In this document: one piece after another, positions 29,824 to 42,020 of the stretch | Position numbering within the stretch: position 1 is the first letter of the stretch | Layout: the number at the start of each line of letters is the position of its first letter | From: the human T2T-CHM13v2.0 reference genome, Homo sapiens | DNA: 64,000 bases | Assembly (NCBI RefSeq): GCF_009914755.1 | Contig: NC_060927.1 | Direction: 5' to 3' (one strand) | Made by a program: the position numbers and the translations under genes | Notes under the pieces: model-generated | What the model was told of the DNA's origin: nothing | The model's input: the letters and a program-made list of their open reading frames with translations, nothing else | Database searches by the model: none

Positions 29824-30490
29824 CAACAGGAGCTGGAGAGGATGTGGAGAAATACGAACACTTTTACACTGTTGGTGGGACTGTAAACTAGTTCAACCAT
29901 TGTGGAAGACAGTGTGGCAATTCCTCAAGGATCTAGAACTAGAAATACCATTTGACCCAGCCATCCCATTACTGGGTATATACCCAAAGGATTATAAATC
30001 ATGTTGCTATAAAGGCACATGCACACATATATTTATTGTGGCACTATTCACAATAGCAAAGACTTGGAACCAACCTAAATGTCCATCAATGATAGACTGA
30101 ATTAAGAAAATGAGGCACATATACACCATGGAATACTATGCAGCCATAAAAAAGGATGAGTTCATGTCCTTTGTAGGGACATGGATGAAGCTGGAAACCA
30201 TCATTCTCAGCAAACTATCGCAAGGACAAAAAACCAAACACCGCACGTTCTCACTCATAGGTGGGAACCGAACAATGAGAACACTTGGACACAGGAAGGG
30301 GAACATCACACACCGGGGCCTGTCATGGGGTGGGGGAAGAGGGGAGGGAAAGCATTAGGAGATATACCTAATGTAAATGACGAGTTAATGGGTGCAGCAC
30401 ACCAACATGGCACATGTATACATATGTAACAAACCTGCACATTGTGCACATGTACCCTAGAACTTAAAGTATAATAAAAAATAAAAAAAA
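29824..30490 (+). mobile_element. 5'-truncated L1PA (PA4/PA5-like) inserted in the inner provirus
   Basis: ORF2 C-terminus (WQFLKDLELEIPFDPAIPLLGIYPK), 3' UTR and A tail; duplication aaaagaagacccagtagtttct at 29802-29823 and 30487-30508. Confidence 0.95.
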
Positions 30491-32146
30491 GAAGACCCAG
30501 TAGTTTCTATGTCTCTTAATTGGATTACTGGGTTTAGGGTAGAGTCCTTGGAAGGACAGGGCCAGGAAAGCATGCAGTTTCTAGGGCCTAATATAATAAG
30601 CAGTCACAGCTGGAAGGCAAAACCGACCTTCAAAAATTAAGGGTCTCATTTTTATACCATTTGGTCTGGTCTAAAGAACAGAGCCTTAGATTTTGAGAGG
30701 GATCTATCCATTTCCAATGCCTGGGGTTCCATGAAGAAAACAGCTTTTTTTTTTTTTTTTTCCAAAATGGGGTCTCTGGCACCTCTTATTTTTCCCAAAG
30801 AGCCCAAGGCTGTTAGAGCTTGAATATCTGCTTTTAATTAAGCTGAATTTTAACCATAGTGCTCTTTCTAAAAACTCCTTTTAAATTTCTTATTACCTGA
30901 CTTTAGCCAGGCCAAATGGCCAATATTTCTGGCTTCTGAACTTTACCAATGGTAACCTTACAGATGAAACCAACAAAGCTCAACTAAGGATATGACTTAA
31001 CCACAAGTGTACTAGGTATTTTCAAAGAGGTGGTAAGCAGTTTTTACAAAACCTGGAATTTTTAAAGGTAGCTCAGAGAAAGGAAGATTTAAGAAGGGAA
31101 GCTAGAGGTTGTTCATGGACGGGAAGAAAATCAGGAAGTGGTAAAAGTCACACAGGTGTTAACCAGAAAGTACTCATTCTCTAAGCTTGGAATCAAACCC
31201 AGGCCACCAATGTGAAAGGACAAAACCTTAGCTACTGAGCTACAATACTGGGCAGTCTCCATTGCCCTTCCCAGAAGGAGTCTAGAGTAGTTAATTTTGA
31301 GCTTGCAAAGCCTTTCAACTACTCAAGATAATTTTTAGAGTTTGCTGTGACATGAACCCTAAAATCCTATCCCCTGGAAGGCAGAGACCAAGAGAAAGTA
31401 CCACCACGAAGTTACAAGTTCAAGCTACCAAGGACATAAAACAAGATGGAGACCTAATCCAGTTTTTGTTTGTTTGTTTGTTTCAGGGACCTGCTGCAAC
31501 ACAAAAGAAAAAAAATTAATGCACTCTAGTGTATTTGTTGTTTATTTGGAATGTACCACTGTAAGTTATCTTTAGTAACGTTTCGCTGTTTCTGTAAGAC
31601 TTTGCTGCCTCCCGGGCCTAATGTATAAACCAGAAGGAACTTGGTTTTCCAGAAATTAAGGATCCCATTTTTACCTAAAACATTGGCTTTACTATCAGGT
31701 TTCCTAGATTAACTTAGCCAATGAATTTTTTTTCCCACCTAAACGCACAAGAAAAATGAAACAAAAGAGTAGAATACAAAAATCCCTGCAAATTTTTAAA
31801 AGCCAAATTTTACACCCCCTGCAATATTACCATTTATGACCAGTTCCTTTCTGACCCAGTCAGATGTAAGAGTCCTCTAACTGGATCCAAGCCAGTTAAC
31901 TCCCAGATCAAATCCATTCCTGGACCCAGTCCAGTTTCTGTCATGACTTCCAAACCCAGCTTGGATCAGAAATTTGCTCAAAGAAACTGAGAGCTCAAAA
32001 CACAAATCCATGGAGCTCCGAAATCCGAGAGAGAATTTACCCACGATCCCCAGCCATTCTGAGAGATCAATGGACACAAATAGGTCCTGCAGTTACCTTG
32101 CTTGTTCACTCAGTACTCCTGGGGGTCGCTAGAAGCTGTACTTTGG

Positions 32147-32164
32147 ATCCCGCTTCTGACACCA
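32147..32164 (-). other. Primer-binding site complementary to the tRNA-Leu 3' end
   Basis: Minus strand reads TGGTGTCAGAAGCGGGAT immediately after the 5' LTR; one difference from the recalled tRNA-Leu PBS TGGTGTCAGAAGTGGGAT. Confidence 0.8.
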
Positions 32165-33999
32165 TGTTAAAAGAAAAACTTCAGCCAAATTAAATTTAAA
32201 AAAGTTTAATTGAGCAATGAACGATTCACAAATTGGGCAGCCCTCAGAATCACAGCAGATTCAGAGAGACTCCAGGGTTGCCTCGTGGACAGAACAGATT
32301 TATAGACAAAAAAAAAAAAGGAAGTGACTTGCAGAAATCAGAAGTGAGGTACAGAACAGCTGGATTGGTTACAGCTCAGCGTTTGCCTTATTTGAACACA
32401 GTTTGAACACTGAGTGGTGTATGGGTGGTTGAAGTATGGCTGCTGGGATTGGCCAGGACTCAGCGATTGTTACAGGTGCATACTCCTAAGTTAGATTTTC
32501 AATCTTGTCCACCTATTAAGTTAGGTTGCAGTTCATCCACAAGGACTCAAACATAGAAGTACAGAGTCCTTCTCAAGCCATATTTAGTTTGCTTTAACAG
32601 CTTATTAAAGTGGGGTTTGTGAAAGATAAAGTAGCCCCAATATTCACCAGCATGGTACACGTTCCCTGCTTGTCTTAGCCTCTGTTTCTCATTATTTATC
32701 AAAAGGCATCACAGGCAACAGCTAGCTGGAGGGTCCCTCCTGCAGCCAGGCTGATTGTGATCTCATGGACTCCCTCTAGTGGGCAGACCATCCCCGCTGA
32801 AAGGAGGAGGCTCCTTGGTAGACTTGGATGACTAGGTAGCCTCTCTCCCAGGGACCTGGCTGTTTGCAATGTAGGCAGACATCTTGGGGTGAAGGGTTTC
32901 TTACTCTAGGTTCTTTAGGCTGTGGTTTAAAACAAGGAGAAGATGGTCCCTTTGGCTTTGGCCCCTGTAATTGTTGCAATTGAAAAGACATAAGCTTATT
33001 AGCTTTTTGTGCTTTTTCTTATTCTGGAGTCCTTTGAAAATGCTCAGCTAAAGCCACGAATTCAACCATGTCTGTCATTCCCCATCCAAGTTCATGCTTC
33101 TTAATGCAACTGCTAAATTCGGGACAACGTTTGTTTATAAATAGAGCAGTTAATGCCATTTTAGTCCCTACAGGAAATTCTCCTTGCTGTCTTTTGAGTG
33201 CAGAATGTTTCACAAATAGTGTTTCTAAACCAGCTCTGCAATATGAAATGGGTCCGTCCTTTTTTCACCTGCAAGACTGTCTGACAGATGGATCCTTTTT
33301 TTGTGGAGAAGACTTAGGAACTGAATTTAAAAGGTTTTCAGTGTTCTTCCAGCTTGTTGTAGCAAGAAGGTTTTTTAAGGTCTTTAATATCCCCTCGGGT
33401 TCTCTCTATTCTGCTGCTTTCATACACCTTTGAGCTTTACCAAGTCCCAAAATCAAGTGAATAAATTGATAAAGTCAGAAGTTCCTGGATTATAAGCTCC
33501 TATGGGGATTCTAAATTCCTAGGTAAACATTTGAGGATTTTCTCTTGCATCAGGAAAGTATCTTATGAAGGCTCTAAGTTCAGCTTCAGAGCATGGAGTA
33601 AAAGTGGTTACAGCAGGCAGGCCTAGGTGTTCAGAGGGTCTCACTTTGTAAGACAGTTGTCCAACCTCTCCTTTTCATTTTCCTCAAGATGGAAAGGTAC
33701 TTGAGCAAAACAATCAGTGGACTCAGGGTATTGAAGTAATGGCAAAGACAGCAAGGAGCAGTCAGAGTTAATTCAATTCAATGAGCGGCAGTCCTCCTTC
33801 CTCTGGTCCTCAGTTTGCTGATTAAGCTTTTTATTTGTCTCCTGGGAAGAAACCTTTAAGTCAGACACTCTTTGTTTAATCTTTTACATGTTTCTGCATA
33901 CCAATTAAAAATGCATTCCGTTGTTCTTGTGGGTTTTTTCTCTTTGTATTTCTAATTTTTCCCTGAAAATAAACAATTTTATCTAAATTAAAACTTCTC

Positions 34000-34301
<302 letters not shown>

Positions 34302-35364
34302 AAACTTCCCCACTGTGGCTGCTGTAACTCTAAATTATTTTTGGTAAGGCTCACCCATTTCTCCAGAAAAGCCCTGATTCTGGGTCCATAGTTCATATAC
34401 AAGAAATTGACTAGAGTCCCAGATGGGGGAGTTCTAAGCTCCTTGGATCCCAGTGAACCCATGATTCCCTATCTCCTAGGAACCCTACCTACCACACCCA
34501 GTTCAGTTTCTTCTTGACCCAGCCAGACATCTGAAACCTCTATAGGATCCAGTCCAGTTTAAAGATTTCTGAACCCAGTCTGGATCAAATTTCTCAAATA
34601 AGCTCAGAGAGCTCAGAACCCGAATGAGTGGAGCTCAGAATCCGAGAGGGCTCAATCCACCATCCCCAGTTCCAGGGGATCAGTGGGCACAATGGGCCTG
34701 GTGGGTGCCTTTGCTTTGCCACCCCCTGCTCCTGGGGGTCACTATGCTCCTCTTTGAGTTTCTTCACATTCACTGATCTGTTGAAAAGGGAAAACCTCAG
34801 GCAAGCTTAAATTTATCAGGTTTATTTAAGGGGAAAAAAACTTGCAAGCTGGGCAGCCCTTAGAACTAGAACAAGTTCAGAGAACTCCTGCCTGCCACAT
34901 GGTCAGACAGCATTTATGAACAGAAAACCAACATGGAGCAAAAAGAACAACTAAGTTGGCTACAGCTCAGTGTTTTATCTCACTGGGTCGGCTGACTGCC
35001 TACTATGACATAAAGCTCAAGCCTTAACTAACCAAACTCAGCTATTTGTTGCCTTAGTATACTCTTAAGGAAATTAGTGACATTTAGCATGAGTGACTCC
35101 ATATTGGCTTGGTCTGCTGGATGCAGGAGAGGAGCCTGATCCAAATCAATGGCCCCTACAAATGTTACTGAAGAGTTCTAAGGAGGGTTCCTGAGGTGGC
35201 TGTGGCCATGAGGGCCCGCTTGAGGCTGAAGATGGGAAGCACACACATTCTTATATTCTCCATTCTCTGCAGTTGGTGTTTGCTTATTCCTGGGCTGGCC
35301 ACCACCTTTTGTAATTGCTGTAGCTTTTTGCTTTATTTTTCAAATTATGTTATTAAAAATTAAC

Positions 35365-35870
35365 TATGCACTCTTTGACCCAGCCATTCCACTTCTGTGT
35401 ATTTTACCCAAGAGAAATGAAGATATACATCCACACAAAGACTTGTAGAATGTTCACAGCAGCCTATTCACCATAGTCAAGACCTGAACACAAGTCAAAT
35501 GCCCACCAATTGGAGAATGAATAAAAAAATTAATACTTTTATACAGTAGAGTATTATTTATTAATAAAAAGGAAGGAATACATACAGCAATATTATGTTA
35601 AGTGACAGAAGCCAGACTCAAAATAGTACATGCTGTTTGACTTTTCTACAGGATGTTTGAGATCAGATAAAACTAATGTATGGTAATAAAAGTCAGCACA
35701 GTCACTGGGTGAGGGTGGGGTTGACCGGAAAGCAACCCCAGGAAATTTCTTGGTGCAATGAAATGTCCTCTAGCTTGTTCGAGATGGTGGCTGTGCAGGT
35801 TGTGAAACTGCCAAAACCCATTAAACACAACATGTAAGATCTGTAAACAGAAATTATTATAAGGTTAAAA
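35365..35870 (+). mobile_element. L1ME-type 3' end
   Basis: tttgacccagccattccactt...atccacacaaagacttgta...gaagccagactcaaaatagtacatgctgt. Confidence 0.75.
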
Positions 35871-36053
35871 TTAACTACAAAATGAATATGTGCTTGGTAT
35901 AAAACACGAAACAATCCAAAAATGAATAGAGAAAAAGTTAACAACCCACTCACCCTCTTTGGACTTCCCTGAGGCATTTGCTATTACTGTTGTTTGTGTA
36001 CAGAACTGAAGGCCTGTTACTATCCTGCAAAAACTCTTGTTACTATTCAAGCA

Positions 36054-36295
36054 TCACGCCTGTAATCCTAACACTTTGGGAGGCCAAGGTGGGAGAATCA
36101 CTTGAAGCCAGGGGTTCAAGACCAGCCTGGGCAAAACAGTCTCTACAGATTTTTTAAAAAATATATTAGCCAGGCATGGCAGCATGCAGCTGTAGTCCTA
36201 GCTGCTTAGGAGGCTGAAGCAAGAGTACGGCTTGAGCCCAGGAGTTTGAACCTGGGTGACAGAGTGAGATTCTGTCTCTAAAAACAAAAACAAAA
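36054..36295 (+). mobile_element. Alu (AluJ-like, with internal deletions)
   Basis: Recognisable Alu dimer lacking part of the right arm. Confidence 0.9.
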
Positions 36296-36379
36296 TGAAA
36301 TTGATATTGAAACTTTCAGTTCAAATTTAGGCTTGTAACATTTTATGTAGCTTCTTTGGTCTCAATAAAAAAATAATTT

Positions 36380-37770
36380 GAAAACAAGAAAGATTCTAAG
36401 AAGATAATTAGATAAGTGAAATAATGACATTCAATAGGTTTGAAATATAAAGTTAGAAACACCTTCCAAAAATTAGATTAAAATGATGAATAAATGGAAA
36501 ATAACATAAAAGATAAAAGGTTTAGAAAATCAACCCATAAAAGATGAAAGGTTTAGAAAATCCACCCATGAATCAACCCAACATTGAACAATAAGTGAAG
36601 TCGCATATATTCTAGTTGACTTCCAGTTACTGTATGAAACTTTTTTCATTTATTAGACATGTAGGGAATAGACTGACCACTGAACTGAGACACTCTCAGA
36701 CAATCACAGCGTTCAATCACAGACAATTGCAGACATTCTCAGACAATCACAGTGTTGTGCCTTCTTAGCTACGGCCCCAGACTCCACCACAGCAGGTGGG
36801 AAGTTCAGCCAGTTCCATTTCAGACTTGAAGGGCCAGGACACCCAGATGGCAAAGACTGGCCTCATGCCCACTAAGGATGAGTTGCAAAGCAGACATTCA
36901 TGAGAAAGGGAAAGGAGAGATGCTGACAACCACATCCACACAGCTCTTGGACAAGGAAACTAGGATGCAAATAACAACAGCATCTTGGAAAAAGGAGGTG
37001 CTGCACTTGAAAGGAAGACAGGAACCCACTTTTAAATATTTTATTCCCAATGAAACATGAGACAATGAAACAGGAGCACTTGTTAACTCAAAGAAGGACT
37101 GAAAATATGCCCCCTTCCTCAAAACTCTTTTTTAGAAGCCACTGGAGCACGCAATCCAGAAAAAAAAAAAAAAGAAAAAAAAACAGAACAAACAAAGGAA
37201 CAGCAAGATCTGGATGCAGGAGCCGTGGGGGCGGGTACTGGTACAGGACACGGGCTACAGTCAGTCTCAGGATGCCTGCAGGCTGGGCAGCCAGAGGTCC
37301 TGTGCAGCAGGGCAGAGGTGCTGGGGCACAGTGGGGTTGACAGAGTCTGCAAGATGAGGCACCTTATAAAGGATATGGCCATGTACTTGACAGGTCTAAT
37401 GCAGCATTTTGAAAAAATAAATAAAGATCAGTGCACCAAAATCAAGCAAATTTTAAAATGAGGTCATCACTAACTCTAAGCGAAACAAAAAGTTGGACTA
37501 GGAAAAAACCCCACCATATACTACTATTGCGTTTGCAGTGTGGTACATAGTCTTAATAGACTACTAATGTATAATAGATTGTAAAATTTATCAATATTTT
37601 ACTACATCCGTACTGGGAGATTGGAGGGTTGGGGAGAAAGGGAAAATGCAGAGAAGGGGGCTGGCACAAGGAATAAATCTTCATCTGTCCTGACAAACAC
37701 TCCGCAGAGCATATCAGAAATTACTCATTGGGCAATAGCTGTGCAAGCGTATTATTTGGAAGCACTTATT
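36380..37770 (+). mobile_element. HAL1 / ancient L1-ORF1-related remnant
   Basis: agaagccactggagcacgc, aagcaaattttaaaatgaggtcatcactaactc...aaacaaaaagttg and gcaagcgtattatttggaa resemble the recalled HAL1 consensus. Confidence 0.55.
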
Positions 37771-38049
37771 AATGTGTTTGGTATTTCCACTCTTGTTGGA
37801 TGTGTGCAGCAGGCCCACTTCAGGTGCAGAAGGGGAGGTCCATTGTCTCATCCTTGTACACCTAGCACCACCAGGGTGTCTGCAGAAGGCAGGGCTTAGT
37901 GAGCTAATGAACAGGCAAACACATACACGTCCTTGGATATCCCTCTGCCACATTCAGGGAGCAGGGGTCTGTGTGTAGGGAACCTGCTCCTAAGGCAGTT
38001 GGCTGTTGTCTACCCCACCCCCCCACACACACACCTAGGCTGGACTTAC

Positions 38050-38134
38050 CCTCTCAGGCCCCAAAGGTCAGGCCAGGTAGGGCTGGGACAGCCTCCCTAG
38101 CAGGGTCTGATGGCTAAGGAAGCAGGGATGTAGG
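38050..38134 (-). ncRNA. Candidate 85-nt non-coding internal exon
   Basis: Minus-strand acceptor ctccctccttctctttctcAG and donor AGG|GTAAGT; stop codons in all three frames. Confidence 0.4.
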
Positions 38135-38513
38135 CTGAGAAAGAGAAGGAGGGAGACACGGGGGTTGCAGGCTCTGATTTCAGGTCCATGCTGGGGCCCT
38201 GATGGCTCATGCTAGAGATGGGTATCATGCTTGCAAAGTTCTACAGGAAACGGGAACATGGGCACCGTGTCCCTGGGCTGCCTGGGTCCTCCCTGCCAAG
38301 TCCAGTTCTGCTTAGACTCACACGCGGCCATCTCTCCATTTATAGGGTTACTCCAGTGAGTTCAATTACAGCACTGATTCCCTGTGCTGAGGGCTCAGGA
38401 CAGGCAAAGAGCTGCCCTTGACTTCCGGGATTCTTAGGTTCCCCATGGCACTGATACTGTGGACTTGTGAAATTTCATTTCTGATAAGATTGCATAAATC
38501 CCAATGAGGTCAC

Positions 38514-38876
38514 TGTATTAGTCTGTTCTCGCATTGTATAAAGAACTACCTGAGACTGGGTAACTTAAAAGAAGTTTTAATTGGCTCATGGTTCCACAGG
38601 AAGCATAGCTGGGAGGGCCTCAGGAAACTTTCAATCATGGTGGAAGGCAAAGGGAAAGCAGGCACATCTTACATGGCCAGAGAAGGAAGAAGAGGAGAGA
38701 GAGGCGGGAGGTGCCACACACTTTTAAACAACCAGATATGAGAACTCACTATACCAAGAGCAACAGTGGGGATCTGGCCACACGATCCAATCACCCCGCA
38801 CCAGGCCTTTCCTCCAACATTGGGGATTACAATTTGAGGTGAGATTTGGGCGGGGACACAAATCCAAACCATATCA
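38514..38876 (-). mobile_element. MSTA-like MaLR solo LTR
   Basis: tgtattagtctgttctc...ccaaaccatatca with perfect 5 bp TSD GTCAC (38509-38513, 38877-38881). Confidence 0.92.
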
Positions 38877-39139
38877 GTCACCTTCTAATGAAATGCTTAT
38901 TAATGAGGTCGAGAGCTTTGCAATTGGTGCAGAGGGCATACACCTGGGAGAGTTTTTTCTATAAGGGTTTTTCGCTGAAGCTTCCTGAAAGTATTGGTGT
39001 CTTTATGTTGTAATGGGTGGGCCACTGAGTTCAACCAACATTTAAACAAGCACTTGCTATGTATTGGCCTGGATGAAAAAGGCAGGGTCCCTGTGCTCCA
39101 GAAGTTCAGAGTCAGGGAAGGGAGATGGATGTGTCCAAT

Positions 39140-39440
39140 CCATTCATTCTCTTGATAAATGTGTACTGAGCACCTAGGATATGTTGGACACTGTCCCAGA
39201 CACTGAGATATAGCAAAGAACAAAATTTCAAAAAAACACCACATAGGACTTACCTGACTGGGAACAGACAATAAGCATAATAAAGATGGGAATTATGAGC
39301 TATATGAAATGGAGAAAAATAAAGTAGGGGAGAGGAGAGGGAGAGTTGAGGGAGGTTGCATTTTAAACAGAGTGGTGAGGGAAGCTTCATGATAGAGTGA
39401 TAACTGAGCGGAAACCTACTGAAGGAAAGTGAGTCAAGTA
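39140..39440 (-). mobile_element. L2 3' fragment
   Basis: cattcattc...tactgagcacct...gagatatagcaaagaacaaaa is a reverse L2 terminus. Confidence 0.75.
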
Positions 39441-40130
39441 CACCCAGGGGAAGGGCACACCAGGGGGAGGAGCATCTGGTGGGAAGGGCACACCTGGATG
39501 AAAAGTACAACTGGGGGAATGGTGTACCTGGAGAGTGAGTGTACCTCAGGAAAGGGTGCAACTGGGGAGAGGGAGCACCTGGGGGAAGGGTACACCTGGA
39601 AAGTTGGTACACCTGGGAGAAGGTTCACCTGGGGAGTAGGTGCACTTGGGGAGACGGTACATCTGTGGAGAGGGCACAGCTGGGGGAAGAGTACACCTGG
39701 GGAGGGGGTGCACCTGGGGAGTGGGTGCCTCTAGGAAGAGGGTGCACCTGGGGGAAGGGTGCACCTAAGGAGTGGGTATACTTGGGGAAATGGTGCACTT
39801 GGGGGAAGGGTACACCTGGGGAGAGGGTGCACCTGGTGGAAGGGTATACCTGAGGAGTGGGTGCACCTGGGGAGAGGGTGTACCTAGGGAGTGGGTACAC
39901 TTGGAGAAAGGGTGTTCCTGGGATGTGGGTGCACCTGGGGGAAGGGAGTACCTGTGGAAAAGGTGCACTTAGAAAAGGTACACCTAGGGAAAGGGTGTAC
40001 CTAGGGGAAAGGTACACCTGGGGAGTGGGTATACCTGGGGAAAGGGTATACCTGGGAGAAAGGTACACCTGGGAGGTGGCTGCACCTAGGAGATGGACAC
40101 ACCTGCGGGAAGGGTTCATCTTGGGGAGGG
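39440..40130. repeat. G-rich degenerate minisatellite (~17-18 bp unit, e.g. gggtgcacctggggaga)
   Basis: Dozens of degenerate tandem copies; strongly G-skewed. Confidence 0.92.
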
Positions 40131-41209
40131 ATTGTCTCATCTCCCTATCCTTTCCCTCCCCTTGTCATTCAAACCTCTAAAATACAAGCTTTTCTCAACT
40201 TGGGGCTTGGGGACAAGGTTCACAGAGTCAGTAACCATTAGAAGCAGTATGTAATCATTTGTGTGTACTGCATACAGTGGCATTTTTCTCTAGTGAGACA
40301 ATTTGTGACTTTAGAATGAGCTTTTTCCCAAAGATTGAGAATCCTGGGATGTTTATTCAATTTCACTCATGAATGCAATGGTTTATTAAAGAATACATTT
40401 CCAGAGGAAGTGATGGTCAGAGACGCTTGCTAAGCTTCTAACAGAAGCTTGCAGCCCTGAAGGCTGCCTGCCTCCTCCTGGAGGTCATACCCAGATCTAT
40501 GCTGGACACCCAGGTCATGCAAAGCTCAGAGGTCAGCAGGGCTGCCTCTGCCAGCTCCTTTCATGGAAGCTGAGGCACAAGCCTGACAACTTGTTCACTT
40601 GCAGCTGACTTCATGCTTTTTGCTTTAGCACATACTTGAGAGAATGTTTCAATTGGAGTCCAATCAGACCAGCCATCCTACTTTGCCATTTTATCACAAC
40701 CTCAGCACATACACAGGAAAGTTTTAGCAGTTCAACAGAACATTTTTAGTCATTTGGCAGAAGTAGTATGCCAATTTGCAACTTTGCTGGAAATTTCCCA
40801 ATATACAATCTCTGTTAATAAGCTCATTACAAAACTTCTCACAGCCTCCCTGGGGGATTGTACTAGGAACTAGATGTATCCAAGGCACTAATGTTGTTTC
40901 TAGATATTTTATTTTTATTGTGATTGTAAAAGAGATCTTTGTTCACTTTATTTTGTAAAGGGTTGTTGCAAGTATATATAAATGCAACTTATCACTGTGT
41001 TTATTTTATATCCAGCCACTTTATTCTCTTACTATTATCCCTAAATACTTGCTACGTCTTTGAGGAATGCCCATATTTTTCTGCCCTGTGGACATCACTT
41101 CTTGACCAATAAATTGGGAGTTCAGTGCTGGATTCTGAGCAGGGAAGTGATGTGTGCCTTCTAAGCAGAAGCTCTCTGGGTATCTGTTACTGCTTTTAAA
41201 ACCATCCCA

Positions 41210-41506
41210 CTGTAATCCCAGCACTTTGGGAGGCCGAGGTGGGCAGATCACGAGGTCAGTAGATAGAGACCATCCTGGCTAACACGGTGAAACCCCGTCT
41301 CTACTAAAAATGCAAAAAAAAATTAGCCAGGCATGGTGGCAGGCGCCTGTAGTCCCAGCTACTCGGGAGGCTGAGGCAGGAGAAGGCGTGAACCCAGGAA
41401 GTGGAGCTTGCAGTGAGCCAAGATCGCGCCACTGCACTCCAGCCTGTAAGCAAGACTCTGTCTCACAAAAAACAAAATAAAACAAAAAAACAAAACAAAA
41501 CAAAAA
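41210..41506 (+). mobile_element. Slightly 5'-truncated AluY-like element
   Basis: catcctggctaacacgg and ggcgtgaacc Y-type diagnostics; TSD accatccca at 41201-41209 and 41508-41516. Confidence 0.93.
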
Positions 41507-41509
41507 CAC

Positions 41510-42020
41510 CATCCCAACACAGAGTGGCTTAAAATAATGGTTCATTATGATGTAATGGCCCTGTGGACTGGGTGCGGTAGTTCTTTCTTAGGTTTCTTAT
41601 GTGTCGTAGTCAGTTTCTGGCTGCGGCTGCACACCACCTGAAGGCTCAGCTGGGCCGGATGTCCAAAATGGCCGAGTCGCACAGTGAGCAGTGGATTCTG
41701 TCACCTGGAGCCTCAGTGGGGGCTCTTCACTGGAGCACTCACATATGGCATCTCCACATGGCTTGGGATTCTCACAGCCTGACAGCTAAATTCCAGGAGG
41801 GAACATTATCAAGAGATCCAGGCATCTTACAAGCCCAGCCTCAGAAGTCCTAGAATGTTACTTCCATCACAATCCATTGGTTAAGCAAGTCACTAAGGTT
41901 AGTCCAGACTTTGTTAGTAAGACAAAGGCAAGATTCCAGTACTTGGTGTAAGAATCATCCAGCACATACAGGGAGGAAAGAAATTGATGGTGACTGTCTT
42001 TGGAGACTATCCATACCAAG
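41510..42020 (-). mobile_element. MLT1-type MaLR LTR
   Basis: agtggcttaaaataa...tctccacatggcttgggattctcacagc...ccattggttaagcaagtcactaagg. Confidence 0.7.

Larger units (their letters stand above)
27137..32599 (-). mobile_element. Inner complete ERV1 provirus (MER57A-like LTRs and non-coding internal region)
   Basis: Highly similar LTRs at 27137-27565 and 32165-32599; PPT (aaaagggggaat on minus) at 27566-27577; tRNA-Leu-type PBS; gct duplicated on both flanks. Confidence 0.9.

Noticed and set aside
37225-37461. ORF ending TKIKQILK, faintly like the SYF2 C-terminus (possible processed pseudogene)
   Set aside because: Similarity is limited to a few residues; the surrounding DNA is better explained as a HAL1 remnant.
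39440-40130. Array that might be read as CRISPR-like or immunoglobulin switch-like
   Set aside because: No unique spacers, eukaryotic context, and no dense AGCT pentamers; it is a degenerate minisatellite.
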